Virus record (IMG/VR): IMGVR_UViG_3300012960_000001
Coordinates: 1 to 56,429 of that record
DNA: 56,429 bases
Direction: 5' to 3' (one strand)
DNA from: a virus
The notes below the pieces were generated by a model. That model saw nothing but the letters and a program-made list of their open reading frames with translations, made no database searches and had not been told where the DNA came from. Within the stretch, counting starts at the first letter, position 1. Every line of letters starts with the position of its first letter. A program made the position numbers and the translations under genes. Below, in pieces: positions 23,599-32,388 of this stretch.

Positions 23599-24890
23599 AC
23601 GAATTAGTCGTTGTTGATCTTAGCAAGAATCCCAAACAATATGACTACTGGATAGAAGTTGTTAAATCCTGCAATGGCCTCACAGATAAACGCAAGTTCG
23701 CATACGGGGGAGCGATACGCGGCGGTAAAACCTTCATCACACTATGGATACTCATTTACCTAGCTAACCGCTATAAAGGTTCTAAATGGCATATTATCCG
23801 GCATGATTTCCCGGCCCTGCAGGAAACCGTTATCCCATCACTGGAAAAGATTATCAAAGACTCACCTAACTGGAAGTGGAACAAGGATAAGTCCAACTTC
23901 TTTGCGTATAACAAACACGGTTCAAAGATATTCTTCAAAGCAGAGAACATAAAGCAGGATCCTGAGCTTGATGATTTTCTGGGGCTAGAGACTAACGGCA
24001 TCTTCCTAGAGCAGTTGGAAGGGCTTAGCCAAAAGTTATGGGGAATGGCGTTATCCCGGTGCGGATCCTGGTATATTGACCCGATGCCACCGGCGTTCAT
24101 GTTCACTACCTTTAACCCGACGCAGAAGTGGCCCAAAAAGGAGATTTATCTAAAGCATAAGAATAATGAGTTACCGGCTGATTTCCACTACCAAGAGGCT
24201 TTCCCTACGGATAACGCCTATGTGACACAAGACCAGTGGAATGCCTGGGGAACGATGGACGAGCGCTATCAAAAGCAGTTCATTAACGGTGACTGGACTA
24301 ACTTCGATGAGTCCGATAACCTCTTTTGTTATTCTTACAGTGAGGCTAAACATACCGGTGTGGTAGAACTTAACTCCAAGGGAGAGGTTTACTTGTCGTT
24401 TGACTTCAACGTGGATCCTATCACATGCCTGGTGGCACAATTATATAATGGTACCTTGTTCGGAGTCGAGCAAATCTCCCTTACTAACAGCGACATCTAC
24501 AAGCTGTGCGCCTATATAAAGGCTAAATATGGGGGCCGCATGTTCCTGGTAACAGGGGATGCTTCCGGCCAGAACCGATCAGCGCTTACTAAGGATAACA
24601 TCAACTACTATCAGATAATTAAGAATGAACTGGGGCTAGGATGGGGACAATTCAAGGTACCGGCTTCCAATCCCTCCCTAGAAGAAAACCGTGTACTAGT
24701 TAATGCTGTACTACATAAGCATAAGGTGGTGCTTGATAAGGAGGGGTGCAAAAAGTTAATCCATGACGTGGAAAACGTTCGGGTACTGGCGGATGGCGGG
24801 ATTGATAAATCGGATAAGTCACTGACGCATGCCCTCGATTGCTTCCGGTATATCTGCAATACCTTCCTTAGCTGGATATTAAAGACCTAA
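23595..24890 (+). CDS. terL: Terminase large subunit
   Basis: Walker A-like YGGAIRGGKTF. FLVTGDASG and HALDCFRY nuclease-region motifs. Overlaps terS by 4 nt. Confidence 0.9.
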   Translation: MNELVVVDLSKNPKQYDYWIEVVKSCNGLTDKRKFAYGGAIRGGKTFITLWILIYLANRYKGSKWHIIRHDFPALQETVIPSLEKIIKDSPNWKWNKDKSNFFAYNKHGSKIFFKAENIKQDPELDDFLGLETNGIFLEQLEGLSQKLWGMALSRCGSWYIDPMPPAFMFTTFNPTQKWPKKEIYLKHKNNELPADFHYQEAFPTDNAYVTQDQWNAWGTMDERYQKQFINGDWTNFDESDNLFCYSYSEAKHTGVVELNSKGEVYLSFDFNVDPITCLVAQLYNGTLFGVEQISLTNSDIYKLCAYIKAKYGGRMFLVTGDASGQNRSALTKDNINYYQIIKNELGLGWGQFKVPASNPSLEENRVLVNAVLHKHKVVLDKEGCKKLIHDVENVRVLADGGIDKSDKSLTHALDCFRYICNTFLSWILKT

Positions 24891-25710
24891 CTGTTTTTAA
24901 TTCCTCTTTTATCCGTTCTAGACACCCCTCATAAGTAAAGTATTTCTGATATATATCCGGTATCGCTTCCTGCTTCCGCTTTATTTCCTCCGGCGGTATT
25001 GACATTAGTATCTCATGCACTCTATGGGCGTCTGCGGCATCAATAAGGACTCCATAATCCGTGAACGGTATGTTATGAGGGATCACCCACTCATCGCTTA
25101 TATAGACCGGAATGGAGCCGTATTGCAAGGCTTCCTGGATGCGGAAGGAAGTCGGCCCGAACCCACGCGGGCAAAGGGTGAAAACGGAGTTGGCGATGAT
25201 CCGGCAGTAATCATACAGGTCATGCTTAGCGGTATTTATATAGTATTCAGGTAAGCATGGAATCGCCTTTAACATAATATCCCTAATGGGATGTGTTGCT
25301 TTCCCGATGAAGTTAGCGAATGTGTTTCGATTGCCATTGGGGTGTAACCTATAGCCATGTGGTACACTTATCAATGGCAGCGGATAATCGGTCCTTCCCC
25401 CCGACATGCTAAAGACCTTAATGTCCAGATGTGAGAGATTGTGCTGAATGCCGTTATCATATTGCACAATTGTATATAGCTTCTTTGACCGATCTAGCCC
25501 ATTCAGGAACTTCTGCAGGTCAATCATTGCCGGTTTGTGCTGGCCGAATTTGTGCCGGCAGTAATAGGCCGTCCACATGACCGGCAGATATTCGCGTTCT
25601 GTATCCTGGAAGTCGTAGTTCTCGAAGTACCAGCGTTCGAACTCAGTTTCGTTGTCGGGGGGATATTTGAATGGGTGGCGCGGCTGGAACTTTTCGGGGA
25701 CGTGGATCAT
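24868..25710 (-). CDS. Exostosin-like (GT47-like) glycosyltransferase
   Basis: FTLCPRGFGPTSFRIQEALQYGSIPVYISDEW..PF matches the exostosin C-terminal signature. Confidence 0.7.
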   Translation of the reverse strand: MIHVPEKFQPRHPFKYPPDNETEFERWYFENYDFQDTEREYLPVMWTAYYCRHKFGQHKPAMIDLQKFLNGLDRSKKLYTIVQYDNGIQHNLSHLDIKVFSMSGGRTDYPLPLISVPHGYRLHPNGNRNTFANFIGKATHPIRDIMLKAIPCLPEYYINTAKHDLYDYCRIIANSVFTLCPRGFGPTSFRIQEALQYGSIPVYISDEWVIPHNIPFTDYGVLIDAADAHRVHEILMSIPPEEIKRKQEAIPDIYQKYFTYEGCLERIKEELKTVRSLISS

Positions 25711-26063
25711 GAGCAGAAGGGGTTTTTTTCGTTATTACTCCTGCACCAGTCTCTAATTGAGTTCTGAACTTCATAGAAAATCGTTGCCTCTCCTGTCATT
25801 TCCTTAGTCAGCTCGTCGGCCCTTTCGGTATCTGCATATTGTTTGGCTATGTCCCGGCGAATGACCTTAATTTTAGAATCAGCCCGCAATTGCTCCATTT
25901 TGTTTGTCAGGTAAGATAAAAGTGATCGTGTACGTTCTTTACCAGCGCACCACCCCAAAAAAAAACCAAACATAATACCCATGATGAATATCATTCCCGC
26001 TACAACATAAGATACTGACATATTATTTATTTTTAATGTAAATGGAGTCCCCCCAAGTACCAC
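25707..26063 (-). CDS. Single-pass membrane protein
   Basis: TM segment VAGMIFIMGIMFGFFLGW. Confidence 0.55.
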   Translation of the reverse strand: MVLGGTPFTLKINNMSVSYVVAGMIFIMGIMFGFFLGWCAGKERTRSLLSYLTNKMEQLRADSKIKVIRRDIAKQYADTERADELTKEMTGEATIFYEVQNSIRDWCRSNNEKNPFCS

Positions 26064-26637
26064 CCTGCCACGATGTTTCTACCCGGGTAAAATCCTTTAA
26101 TATCACATCTAAGTCCCACACTTTGGCACAGCCTTCATAGACTTCATCGCGGTTCACCTCGCAGTATACATAGTCAATGTGCTTCAGGGTTTCTGTTGCC
26201 CCTTGAAGTACCAAGTGTTCTGCTCCCTGCACATCCATTACTAGCATATTGTACTTCCGCTTATCAAAGTCCAGCGAGTCCAGCGTTTTAACCTCCACAT
26301 TCTCCGTGCCGGTGAACTGGATGCTCGGATATTGCTCTAAGTGTTTGGCCGGCTTCAGAAGGCTGTTGCTCATGCCGGTATTAGCCGTTTCGGTGTACAT
26401 GGTTGCCGTGCCTTCCTCGGCCCCACATGCGAAGTTGAATAGCTTTACATCCTCGCATTCCTCAAAGCTGGCTACAAGGGCATTAAAGGCATTAGCACAG
26501 GGTTCTATGAATACGATGTGCCGAATGCCAAGTACTTTGTAGGTCATGTACTCTTGACCTTGGTGAGCTCCGCAATGTAATACTCCCCTTATCTGCATGC
26601 CATACTTCCGGACAGCTTTTTTAAGATCAATCAGCAT
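26023..26637 (-). CDS. FkbM-family SAM-dependent methyltransferase
   Basis: HCGAHQGQE..VFIEPCANAFNAL...FNFACGAEEGTATMY...MSNSLL...LVMDVQGAEHLVLQGA. Confidence 0.78.
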   Translation of the reverse strand: MLIDLKKAVRKYGMQIRGVLHCGAHQGQEYMTYKVLGIRHIVFIEPCANAFNALVASFEECEDVKLFNFACGAEEGTATMYTETANTGMSNSLLKPAKHLEQYPSIQFTGTENVEVKTLDSLDFDKRKYNMLVMDVQGAEHLVLQGATETLKHIDYVYCEVNRDEVYEGCAKVWDLDVILKDFTRVETSWQGGTWGDSIYIKNK

Positions 26638-26846
26638 ATGTTAAGTTTAGTATCGGTTATTGCATCTACTATATTGAAATCCTCCCAACCAGAAGGCGCT
26701 TGGTCGTCAAATGGATTATCACATACCGCCTCCCATCTTGTCCAACGCCACCACAGCAGCCTATAATGTTCAAGCCTTTCAAGCTTGATGGCCCAATTAT
26801 TGAACCCTTGGTGATAATACCTTACTGTTCTATATTGGCTTAGCAT
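26631..26846 (-). CDS. Hypothetical protein
   Basis: Track ORF, 71 aa, overlap-coupled. Confidence 0.5.
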   Translation of the reverse strand: MLSQYRTVRYYHQGFNNWAIKLERLEHYRLLWWRWTRWEAVCDNPFDDQAPSGWEDFNIVDAITDTKLNIC

Positions 26847-27408
26847 GTAAAAAGGCTATTTTTTCATTATAAATATGAAACTCTATACCAGCAAATCCGC
26901 ACGTCCAATCACAATCAGTCATTTGTTTTAGCATTGTCTCAGATAATGGTAGACCCTGACGGTATGGTTCATCCATGGCGCAATGCAGGTCTTCCGCCAC
27001 GTAAAGATCACAGCACCCCCACAATGACCAAAAGGTAATCAGCTGATCCCGGCTATTATGGCTTCCATCCTCAATGATCACGTCGAAGTGCAACCGGCGC
27101 AACTGCTCCAACACATACTGGTCCGTCTGGTTCCCCTTCCAGTAGATTACGCCTGGTATGTCCGTTGGCTGCGGATGTTCCTCGAATAGATCAAGGCAGT
27201 GTATCTCCGTATCAGGGAAGTACTCTCTCCACATGCGCAGGCTCGCGCCCGTGAGGCAGCCTATTTCGAGGATGCGGGCCGGTTTCTCGGGAAGATGCTG
27301 CTCATAGAATTCGATATATCCATGGGTCAGTTTGTCAGTACCGTACTTCTCGGCCAGCTGAGATAAAGTATATTCTCGTTCATAGTCACAGCAGTTATAG
27401 TCGTCCAT
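26830..27408 (-). CDS. Class I SAM-dependent methyltransferase (TylF/sugar O-methyltransferase-like)
   Basis: YGTDKLTHGYIEFYEQHL...ILEIGCLTGASLRMW...CLDL. Confidence 0.75.
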   Translation of the reverse strand: MDDYNCCDYEREYTLSQLAEKYGTDKLTHGYIEFYEQHLPEKPARILEIGCLTGASLRMWREYFPDTEIHCLDLFEEHPQPTDIPGVIYWKGNQTDQYVLEQLRRLHFDVIIEDGSHNSRDQLITFWSLWGCCDLYVAEDLHCAMDEPYRQGLPLSETMLKQMTDCDWTCGFAGIEFHIYNEKIAFLHAKPI

Positions 27409-27418
27409 ATAAAAAAAT

Positions 27419-27580
27419 TCAGGGAATAAGAGGTATTAAGAATATAACAACCTTAATTGACACAACAAATAGAACAAATTGAAACATAGGTGGCGCAGCA
27501 AGATGAAATTTGAAGTCGTCACCGTCAATATCAATTTCTATGACAGGCTTTTTGAAAAATGATGTAATTAATTCTTTCAT
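27419..27580 (-). CDS. Small membrane protein, 53 aa (below the track cutoff)
   Basis: Hand translation: MKELITSFFKKPVIEIDIDGDDFKFHLAAPPMFQFVLFVVSIKVVIFLIPLIP. Confidence 0.4.
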   Translation of the reverse strand: MKELITSFFKKPVIEIDIDGDDFKFHLAAPPMFQFVLFVVSIKVVIFLIPLIP

Positions 27581-27584
27581 ATAA

Positions 27585-28289
27585 TTAATATTTTATTTGA
27601 ATCCAAGATTCGGGAATGAGGTCTGAAGTATCAAGATGACCGTTTGAGGGCCCGAACCAGTTATCCTTGCTAGGGCTGATCACAACTTTATCCGGGTTTT
27701 GGTTGAGATAAGCCTGCCACCAGGAGAATGTACTATTGCTAATAATGTTATGCTCACAGCAGGAGCCAAGTACGAGATCTTCTTCCGGTGTGCGGCCTTC
27801 GGAGAATTCAACAATGCAGTTTGCATACATTCTACGAGATACAAAGTCACGGCAATACTCAATATCGTCTGAGAAAACTAGGAACCGTCTAATATCTGTG
27901 TTTTTGATAATATGCCAGACAGCTTGGTCCAGATAGTCCTCTGTAATCACCGGGTGCTTGTCGGGATAAAGCAGGTAATCCGCCCGGCGCACATGTATGC
28001 TACACCAGCCCTCCTTTAATGACCAATCATAACCAAACGCCTTTAGCACTTCCTCCCGGCAATGGTCGAAGTAACGGGCCGATTGCCAGTATCCATCCAG
28101 AATAATATTAGTATTTGGATAGAAAGGTGGGTCCTGATACTGATGGCCATTCTCTTTGATCATGATACCTTGACGGCGTATATTCGTTGTGTTGTATTGT
28201 ATGCCGTGCTTCATTGCATAGCCTATAGCTGCAGCCTTTTGAAAGAGCTGGTTTCCAGTTCTACCATATTGTTTAGCAAAAACTGTCAT
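27585..28289 (-). CDS. GT11 alpha-1,2-fucosyltransferase-like glycosyltransferase
   Basis: GRTGNQLFQKA, HVRRADY, VFSDD and SNSTFSWWQAYL, the four GT11 motifs. Confidence 0.88.
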   Translation of the reverse strand: MTVFAKQYGRTGNQLFQKAAAIGYAMKHGIQYNTTNIRRQGIMIKENGHQYQDPPFYPNTNIILDGYWQSARYFDHCREEVLKAFGYDWSLKEGWCSIHVRRADYLLYPDKHPVITEDYLDQAVWHIIKNTDIRRFLVFSDDIEYCRDFVSRRMYANCIVEFSEGRTPEEDLVLGSCCEHNIISNSTFSWWQAYLNQNPDKVVISPSKDNWFGPSNGHLDTSDLIPESWIQIKY

Positions 28290-29020
28290 TATAAAGCTTT
28301 TATAAGTTCCTTAATCTCTTTAGCGCGCTTCATGTTATAGTGAACATCCTGCAAGAATCCTGAACCATCCCACACCCGATGCATATATTCCATTCCTGGT
28401 ACCACATAGAACGAATTACCGGCCTTTAGCCACAGGTAGTTAAACCATATCGTATCTGTTCCCTTCATGGCTGGATTGTGCTCGTATACCCGTAGATACT
28501 CATCCCGGTTCACCACGTAATTGCAGCAGTTAAAAAGGCATTCGCCCATTGGTTCCTGCATGATGTTGCCGGCGTGAAGGACATGCCAGCCCTCGTACTT
28601 CCGGAAGTCGAATTGAGGTTTAGCAAAGGAAGGGCAATAGATTGTGGTAGTATCGAACCAGTATTGTTCATTTATTCCTTTTTTGCGCAATGCTGCTGCA
28701 TGGAAATTGCAAGCCTTGAATAAAGCATCTAAGTAGCTTGAAGTTATTATATTATCACTATCAAATATGATGCACCAATCGTTTTTAGCCGCCTCAATTG
28801 CCTTTCGCTTATTCAGGCTCATGCCTAAGTTCTCACTGTTCCGGATAAGGCGCACCTTGGGCATGTCGAATACCACGCTTAATATCTTATCGTAGATGGC
28901 TATATCCGAACAGTCATCTACTATCAATATCTCGCTTATCCGGTCGTCGTTCAATACCTGCGCAAAGCTCTCTATGAGCATTTCGTATCGGTTATATGTG
29001 GTAATGCAGAGGGAAATCAT
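28289..29020 (-). CDS. GT2-family glycosyltransferase
   Basis: ISLCITTYNRYEML...ILIVDDCSD...IFDSDN. Confidence 0.85.
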   Translation of the reverse strand: MISLCITTYNRYEMLIESFAQVLNDDRISEILIVDDCSDIAIYDKILSVVFDMPKVRLIRNSENLGMSLNKRKAIEAAKNDWCIIFDSDNIITSSYLDALFKACNFHAAALRKKGINEQYWFDTTTIYCPSFAKPQFDFRKYEGWHVLHAGNIMQEPMGECLFNCCNYVVNRDEYLRVYEHNPAMKGTDTIWFNYLWLKAGNSFYVVPGMEYMHRVWDGSGFLQDVHYNMKRAKEIKELIKAL

Positions 29021-29436
29021 AGGTATTTCAGTCTTTCAAGTACATCTTCAGAAGTATGTCCGTCAAACTCCGGAGCCTTATCCAATTCCTTAGCAAAATC
29101 ACATAAGTCCCATTTCGATGCTGGTAAGTGATAAGTGATCTGTTCCCCATATTCAATACCGATCCCTAGCACAAACCAGCCATCCCAACTTGTGCCATCA
29201 GAATGTACTTTGCTGCGCCATACTACTTCTCGGGAATCGTCATTTTTTTCATAGTATAGCGCCATAAACCTAGCCAGGGCGATGTATAACTCTATCCGAT
29301 GGTCATACAGTTCCCCGAAAGTATGGTAGCCGTCGGAGATACGGTTGGTATCCATAGCCACCTCTTTTTTTGCCTTTGCAATCCGTGCATTAATTTCTTG
29401 CGCGGTGGTAACTTGTATATTTACAGCTCCTATCAT
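29017..29436 (-). CDS. Hypothetical protein
   Basis: Track ORF, 139 aa. SDGYHTFGELYDHR and WDGWFVLG segments. Confidence 0.6.
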   Translation of the reverse strand: MIGAVNIQVTTAQEINARIAKAKKEVAMDTNRISDGYHTFGELYDHRIELYIALARFMALYYEKNDDSREVVWRSKVHSDGTSWDGWFVLGIGIEYGEQITYHLPASKWDLCDFAKELDKAPEFDGHTSEDVLERLKYL

Positions 29437-29594
29437 GTATATGAAGTTTTAGTTTTTGTCTTAGCACATTTATCACAAATGTATCTTTCAGTAGTGGCCT
29501 TGCCCATACCCGCATCTATTCGATATGTATAAGTTCCGAGGAAGCGCCAAGTATGCCTACAGAATAATTGCGTAATCCAAAGTCTTATATGCAT
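29433..29594 (-). CDS. Small protein, 53 aa (below the track cutoff)
   Basis: Hand translation: MHIRLWITQLFCRHTWRFLGTYTYRIDAGMGKATTERYICDKCAKTKTKTSYT. Overlaps both neighbours (TAATG and ATGA). Confidence 0.4.
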   Translation of the reverse strand: MHIRLWITQLFCRHTWRFLGTYTYRIDAGMGKATTERYICDKCAKTKTKTSYT

Positions 29595-30187
29595 TACGTA
29601 AAGAACTTTTTAGACTGGTTATTAAAGTATTTATAGTTAATATCCATTTCGCATATGTCTGAATATCCAAATCGTTGCCCAGCTATCTGCGGATAAGCTA
29701 TAAAGCAGTTGAACTTCGGCTGTATTTCTTTAGCAAACCACACGTCAATTGTATTCTGCCGGTCTACTTGCTCCGGAACTACCATGTTATCCGCCAACCA
29801 TTGCGTCATTTTAGCGCTGTAAAGGATGGCGTGGGTAGTGAGTATTCCATTGGCCCGGTAAAGCCATGTACTGTATCGGTATTGCGGTTGGTTGGCATTC
29901 CCGCCTAAGTACAGCATGTCCCAGTCATCTGGAAGGTCACCATAAGCATCCTGAAGGGCGGTAATGGGCCGGTTGAATACTACATCATCCTCTAATACTA
30001 AAACATGTTTGCCCACGTATAGCTTGAATATGGCTTGATTAGAATGGTGTAGGCCATGCATCCCACTTGATCCGGTAAGGGCCGGGAAACGTTCTGCATT
30101 CAGTCCCCAATTGCTAAATTCTTCCTGACACTGTTTCCAGCGGTCGGTTCGTTTATCAAGGTTTATGCAGATGGCCTTATCCCACAT
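29594..30187 (-). CDS. GT25-family glycosyltransferase (LOS/LPS beta-glycosyltransferase-like)
   Basis: AICINLDKRTDRWKQC...GLNAERFPA...LVLEDDVVF. Confidence 0.75.
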   Translation of the reverse strand: MWDKAICINLDKRTDRWKQCQEEFSNWGLNAERFPALTGSSGMHGLHHSNQAIFKLYVGKHVLVLEDDVVFNRPITALQDAYGDLPDDWDMLYLGGNANQPQYRYSTWLYRANGILTTHAILYSAKMTQWLADNMVVPEQVDRQNTIDVWFAKEIQPKFNCFIAYPQIAGQRFGYSDICEMDINYKYFNNQSKKFFT

Positions 30188-30383
30188 GTATCTGCTGGTT
30201 TAGCTCAAAGTATGCACAGTAGTAATCTTCAATTGTTGGCATATCTTTTACTTCGCACATTCCATTACAAGGTTCCGGATCTTCTAAACACCCCCTTCCG
30301 CGCTTCCAATAAAAGCAATTAGCGCACTTTACTAAAGGCGATAGCCCATTGAACCATTCTATTTTCGGAGTCTCTATTGCCAT
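30177..30383 (-). CDS. Small Cys-rich protein, first gene of the glycosylation operon
   Basis: Track ORF, 68 aa with 7 Cys. Confidence 0.5.
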   Translation of the reverse strand: MAIETPKIEWFNGLSPLVKCANCFYWKRGRGCLEDPEPCNGMCEVKDMPTIEDYYCAYFELNQQIHVG

Positions 30384-30420
30384 GAGTATTATTTAGTGAA
30401 GTACCCGTTTCAAAGTTATA

Positions 30421-30433
30421 TATAAAATCTATA
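30421..30433 (+). promoter_or_regulatory. Late-operon motif tataaaatctata (copy 2); a TAacTTTG -7-like box lies at 30463-30470
   Basis: Identical to 22906-22918. Sits in the divergent region between the GT operon and the tail operon. Confidence 0.45.
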
Positions 30434-30474
30434 CAAATAGTATTTTCTATAGAAAAAAACAATAACTTTGTTTT

Positions 30475-30837
30475 ATGGCACTCCTGAATGATTGTGGCAA
30501 TATCTACTACCAAAGTCTACCTGCTTGTGCGGATGGATTTACAGTGTCTTTGGGTCTGGATGCTAATACAGACTACTGGTGGATACTCACGGACAAGTTC
30601 GGGCATGTATACAGTGAAGTAGTAACAACAGATTCCCAAGGGGCCTTTATCGTGAGTGTAGATGATTTCCCACCGGATTTTTTCAACCCTTATGCTGGGC
30701 AGATGGAATTGGAGATCAAAGGAGATCCATACTACTGTGAGCCTTTAGAGTTTACAGTTTGTGATGTCGCTTATAATAGGCTGGTAATAGATTTCAAAGA
30801 GGGTAATTTACCCGCTATAATACCTTGTGTATGCTAG
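30475..30837 (+). CDS. Hypothetical protein
   Basis: Track ORF, 120 aa. Confidence 0.6.
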   Translation: MALLNDCGNIYYQSLPACADGFTVSLGLDANTDYWWILTDKFGHVYSEVVTTDSQGAFIVSVDDFPPDFFNPYAGQMELEIKGDPYYCEPLEFTVCDVAYNRLVIDFKEGNLPAIIPCVC

Positions 30838-30931
30838 ATATAGTAGCCTGTATAATAATCGCCGTGGTTGGCCTGTATGTTCAAATAGACAGAACGATGT
30901 GGCTTGTTCGGCAAATGAAAAGTTGGGTTAA

Positions 30932-31243
30932 ATGATTGAGACAATCGCCATAGGATCACTTTGTGTAATGGGGCTTTATGCTGCCATGGGGGAGGGAATG
31001 ATACTGGAATTCCTAAAGCATTTCTTTGAGCGGGTAACGAATAACCAGGTATTGCGCCACATCCGGCCCGCGCTGTATGAGTGCCCTATCTGCATGGCTT
31101 CTATATGGGGAACGGTAGTGTGGGTTTTAATTTGGTGGGGCCATTCGTTTAAAGAAACATTCTCTATTACATGGCTTCTTTACGTTTTTGCGGTGGCTGG
31201 GCTGAATTATATACTGGTTAATCTAGCAAATAGTGATGAATGA
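30932..31243 (+). CDS. Membrane protein (DUF1360-like CPxC...W motif)
   Basis: YECPICMASIWGTVVWVLIWW. About 3 TM segments. Confidence 0.5.
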   Translation: MIETIAIGSLCVMGLYAAMGEGMILEFLKHFFERVTNNQVLRHIRPALYECPICMASIWGTVVWVLIWWGHSFKETFSITWLLYVFAVAGLNYILVNLANSDE

Positions 31244-31463
31244 TTCAATAATACATTCGGCTCTAGCTGATATTGGATATTCCTTTATAAGATATGAAAA
31301 ACCATATCAATTTTTTAAAGGGCCCGAAAGAACGATTGGGTATTGCTTATCATGTGGATTATTGGTCGAGATAAAAAAAGGAGAACGAGTGCGTAAGAGA
31401 TGGCAGACAAGAACATTGGATGAACTAATAGCATTTGCCAATGAGGGAACTGTTAGAATCTAA
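31233..31463 (+). CDS. Hypothetical protein
   Basis: Track ORF, 76 aa. Confidence 0.5.
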   Translation: MMNDSIIHSALADIGYSFIRYEKPYQFFKGPERTIGYCLSCGLLVEIKKGERVRKRWQTRTLDELIAFANEGTVRI

Positions 31464-31656
31464 GGAATGGTTTAGGACCGGCGGATGTAGGTGCGGGGGA
31501 GTGCCGCGTGAAGAGTTCCAGCATTCTTCCTTCCCTGGAATGATAATAAAGATATACACTGGAAAATTAACATATAAGACAACAAAAGGCGGCAGGGTGC
31601 TATCCAAAGGGCCAGCCGGCGAACTTGAAAACTACTTAAATGGCTTGGTGGCATAG
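31435..31656 (+). CDS. Hypothetical protein
   Basis: Track ORF, 73 aa. Confidence 0.45.
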   Translation: MPMRELLESKEWFRTGGCRCGGVPREEFQHSSFPGMIIKIYTGKLTYKTTKGGRVLSKGPAGELENYLNGLVA

Positions 31657-32221
31657 ATTATTCGGTGGCAAAAACCACTTTCCGAAGATTGAATATGTGA
31701 TTAAACCGGCATTCACGGTGAAGGGGAGGGAATTCTTTCAAATGGACGACCTGTTTAATATGCCGTATGAGCGAGGTACTATATGCCTTCGGTATTACAC
31801 GGAGTTCAACCAGCGGATAGACAGGGATTATTTGGTAGGTCACGCGAAAGCCACGAATGAGTTACTTCAGTTTATGCCCGGTAAGGCTATAGACCTAGTT
31901 AAAATCAAACAGTTGAATGACCAACTGACTGATAGGCTGAACTGGATAGTAGACGGGGATTTGGCCTATAAACTGGCATCTGTGGTGTTCTTCGATAAAC
32001 ACGAAGACCCTACCAAGTACGATGCTAAATATAACCAGGATAAAATAACATTCTGGAAGAAGGAGATGTCCGCAAGGGAGTTTTTTTTTATGATGCCGCT
32101 TCAGCAGCTGATACCGTTTTTAAAAGATTACGAAAAGAATTTGGAAACGTATTTGATGGTGACGGACAACCTAAAGAGCAGCTACCAGGAAAACATTTCA
32201 CAACTTTTATCAAAGAACTAG
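31640..32221 (+). CDS. Putative tail assembly chaperone (by position upstream of the tape measure gene)
   Basis: 193 aa, the last gene before the tape measure gene. Confidence 0.4.
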   Translation: MAWWHRLFGGKNHFPKIEYVIKPAFTVKGREFFQMDDLFNMPYERGTICLRYYTEFNQRIDRDYLVGHAKATNELLQFMPGKAIDLVKIKQLNDQLTDRLNWIVDGDLAYKLASVVFFDKHEDPTKYDAKYNQDKITFWKKEMSAREFFFMMPLQQLIPFLKDYEKNLETYLMVTDNLKSSYQENISQLLSKN

Positions 32222-32388
32222 ATGACAATCTGTTCAATCAACAATATCTATTAGCAGGCGGCGATACCGCGAAAATACCAGAGCTGAGCAAGCTGACACT
32301 CTACGAATACTACAAAGCCTTAAGCAAGGTTTACAAAGAGATTCGCAAGGATGGCCGTAAAACCAATAATCATTCCCCTCGTCGCTGA
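32215..32388 (+). CDS. Putative -1 frameshift extension of the chaperone (G-T-like product)
   Basis: The -1 frame is open from before A_AAG (32212-32215) to TGA at 32386-32388. It fills an otherwise non-coding 130-nt gap. Confidence 0.3.
   Translation, partial: ELDDNLFNQQYLLAGGDTAKIPELSKLTLYEYYKALSKVYKEIRKDGRKTNNHSPRR

Noticed and set aside
23771-24859. Minus-strand ORFs (23771..24136, 24171..24440, 24611..24859) inside terL
   Set aside because: They are nested antisense to a motif-supported terminase gene, so I treat them as shadow ORFs.
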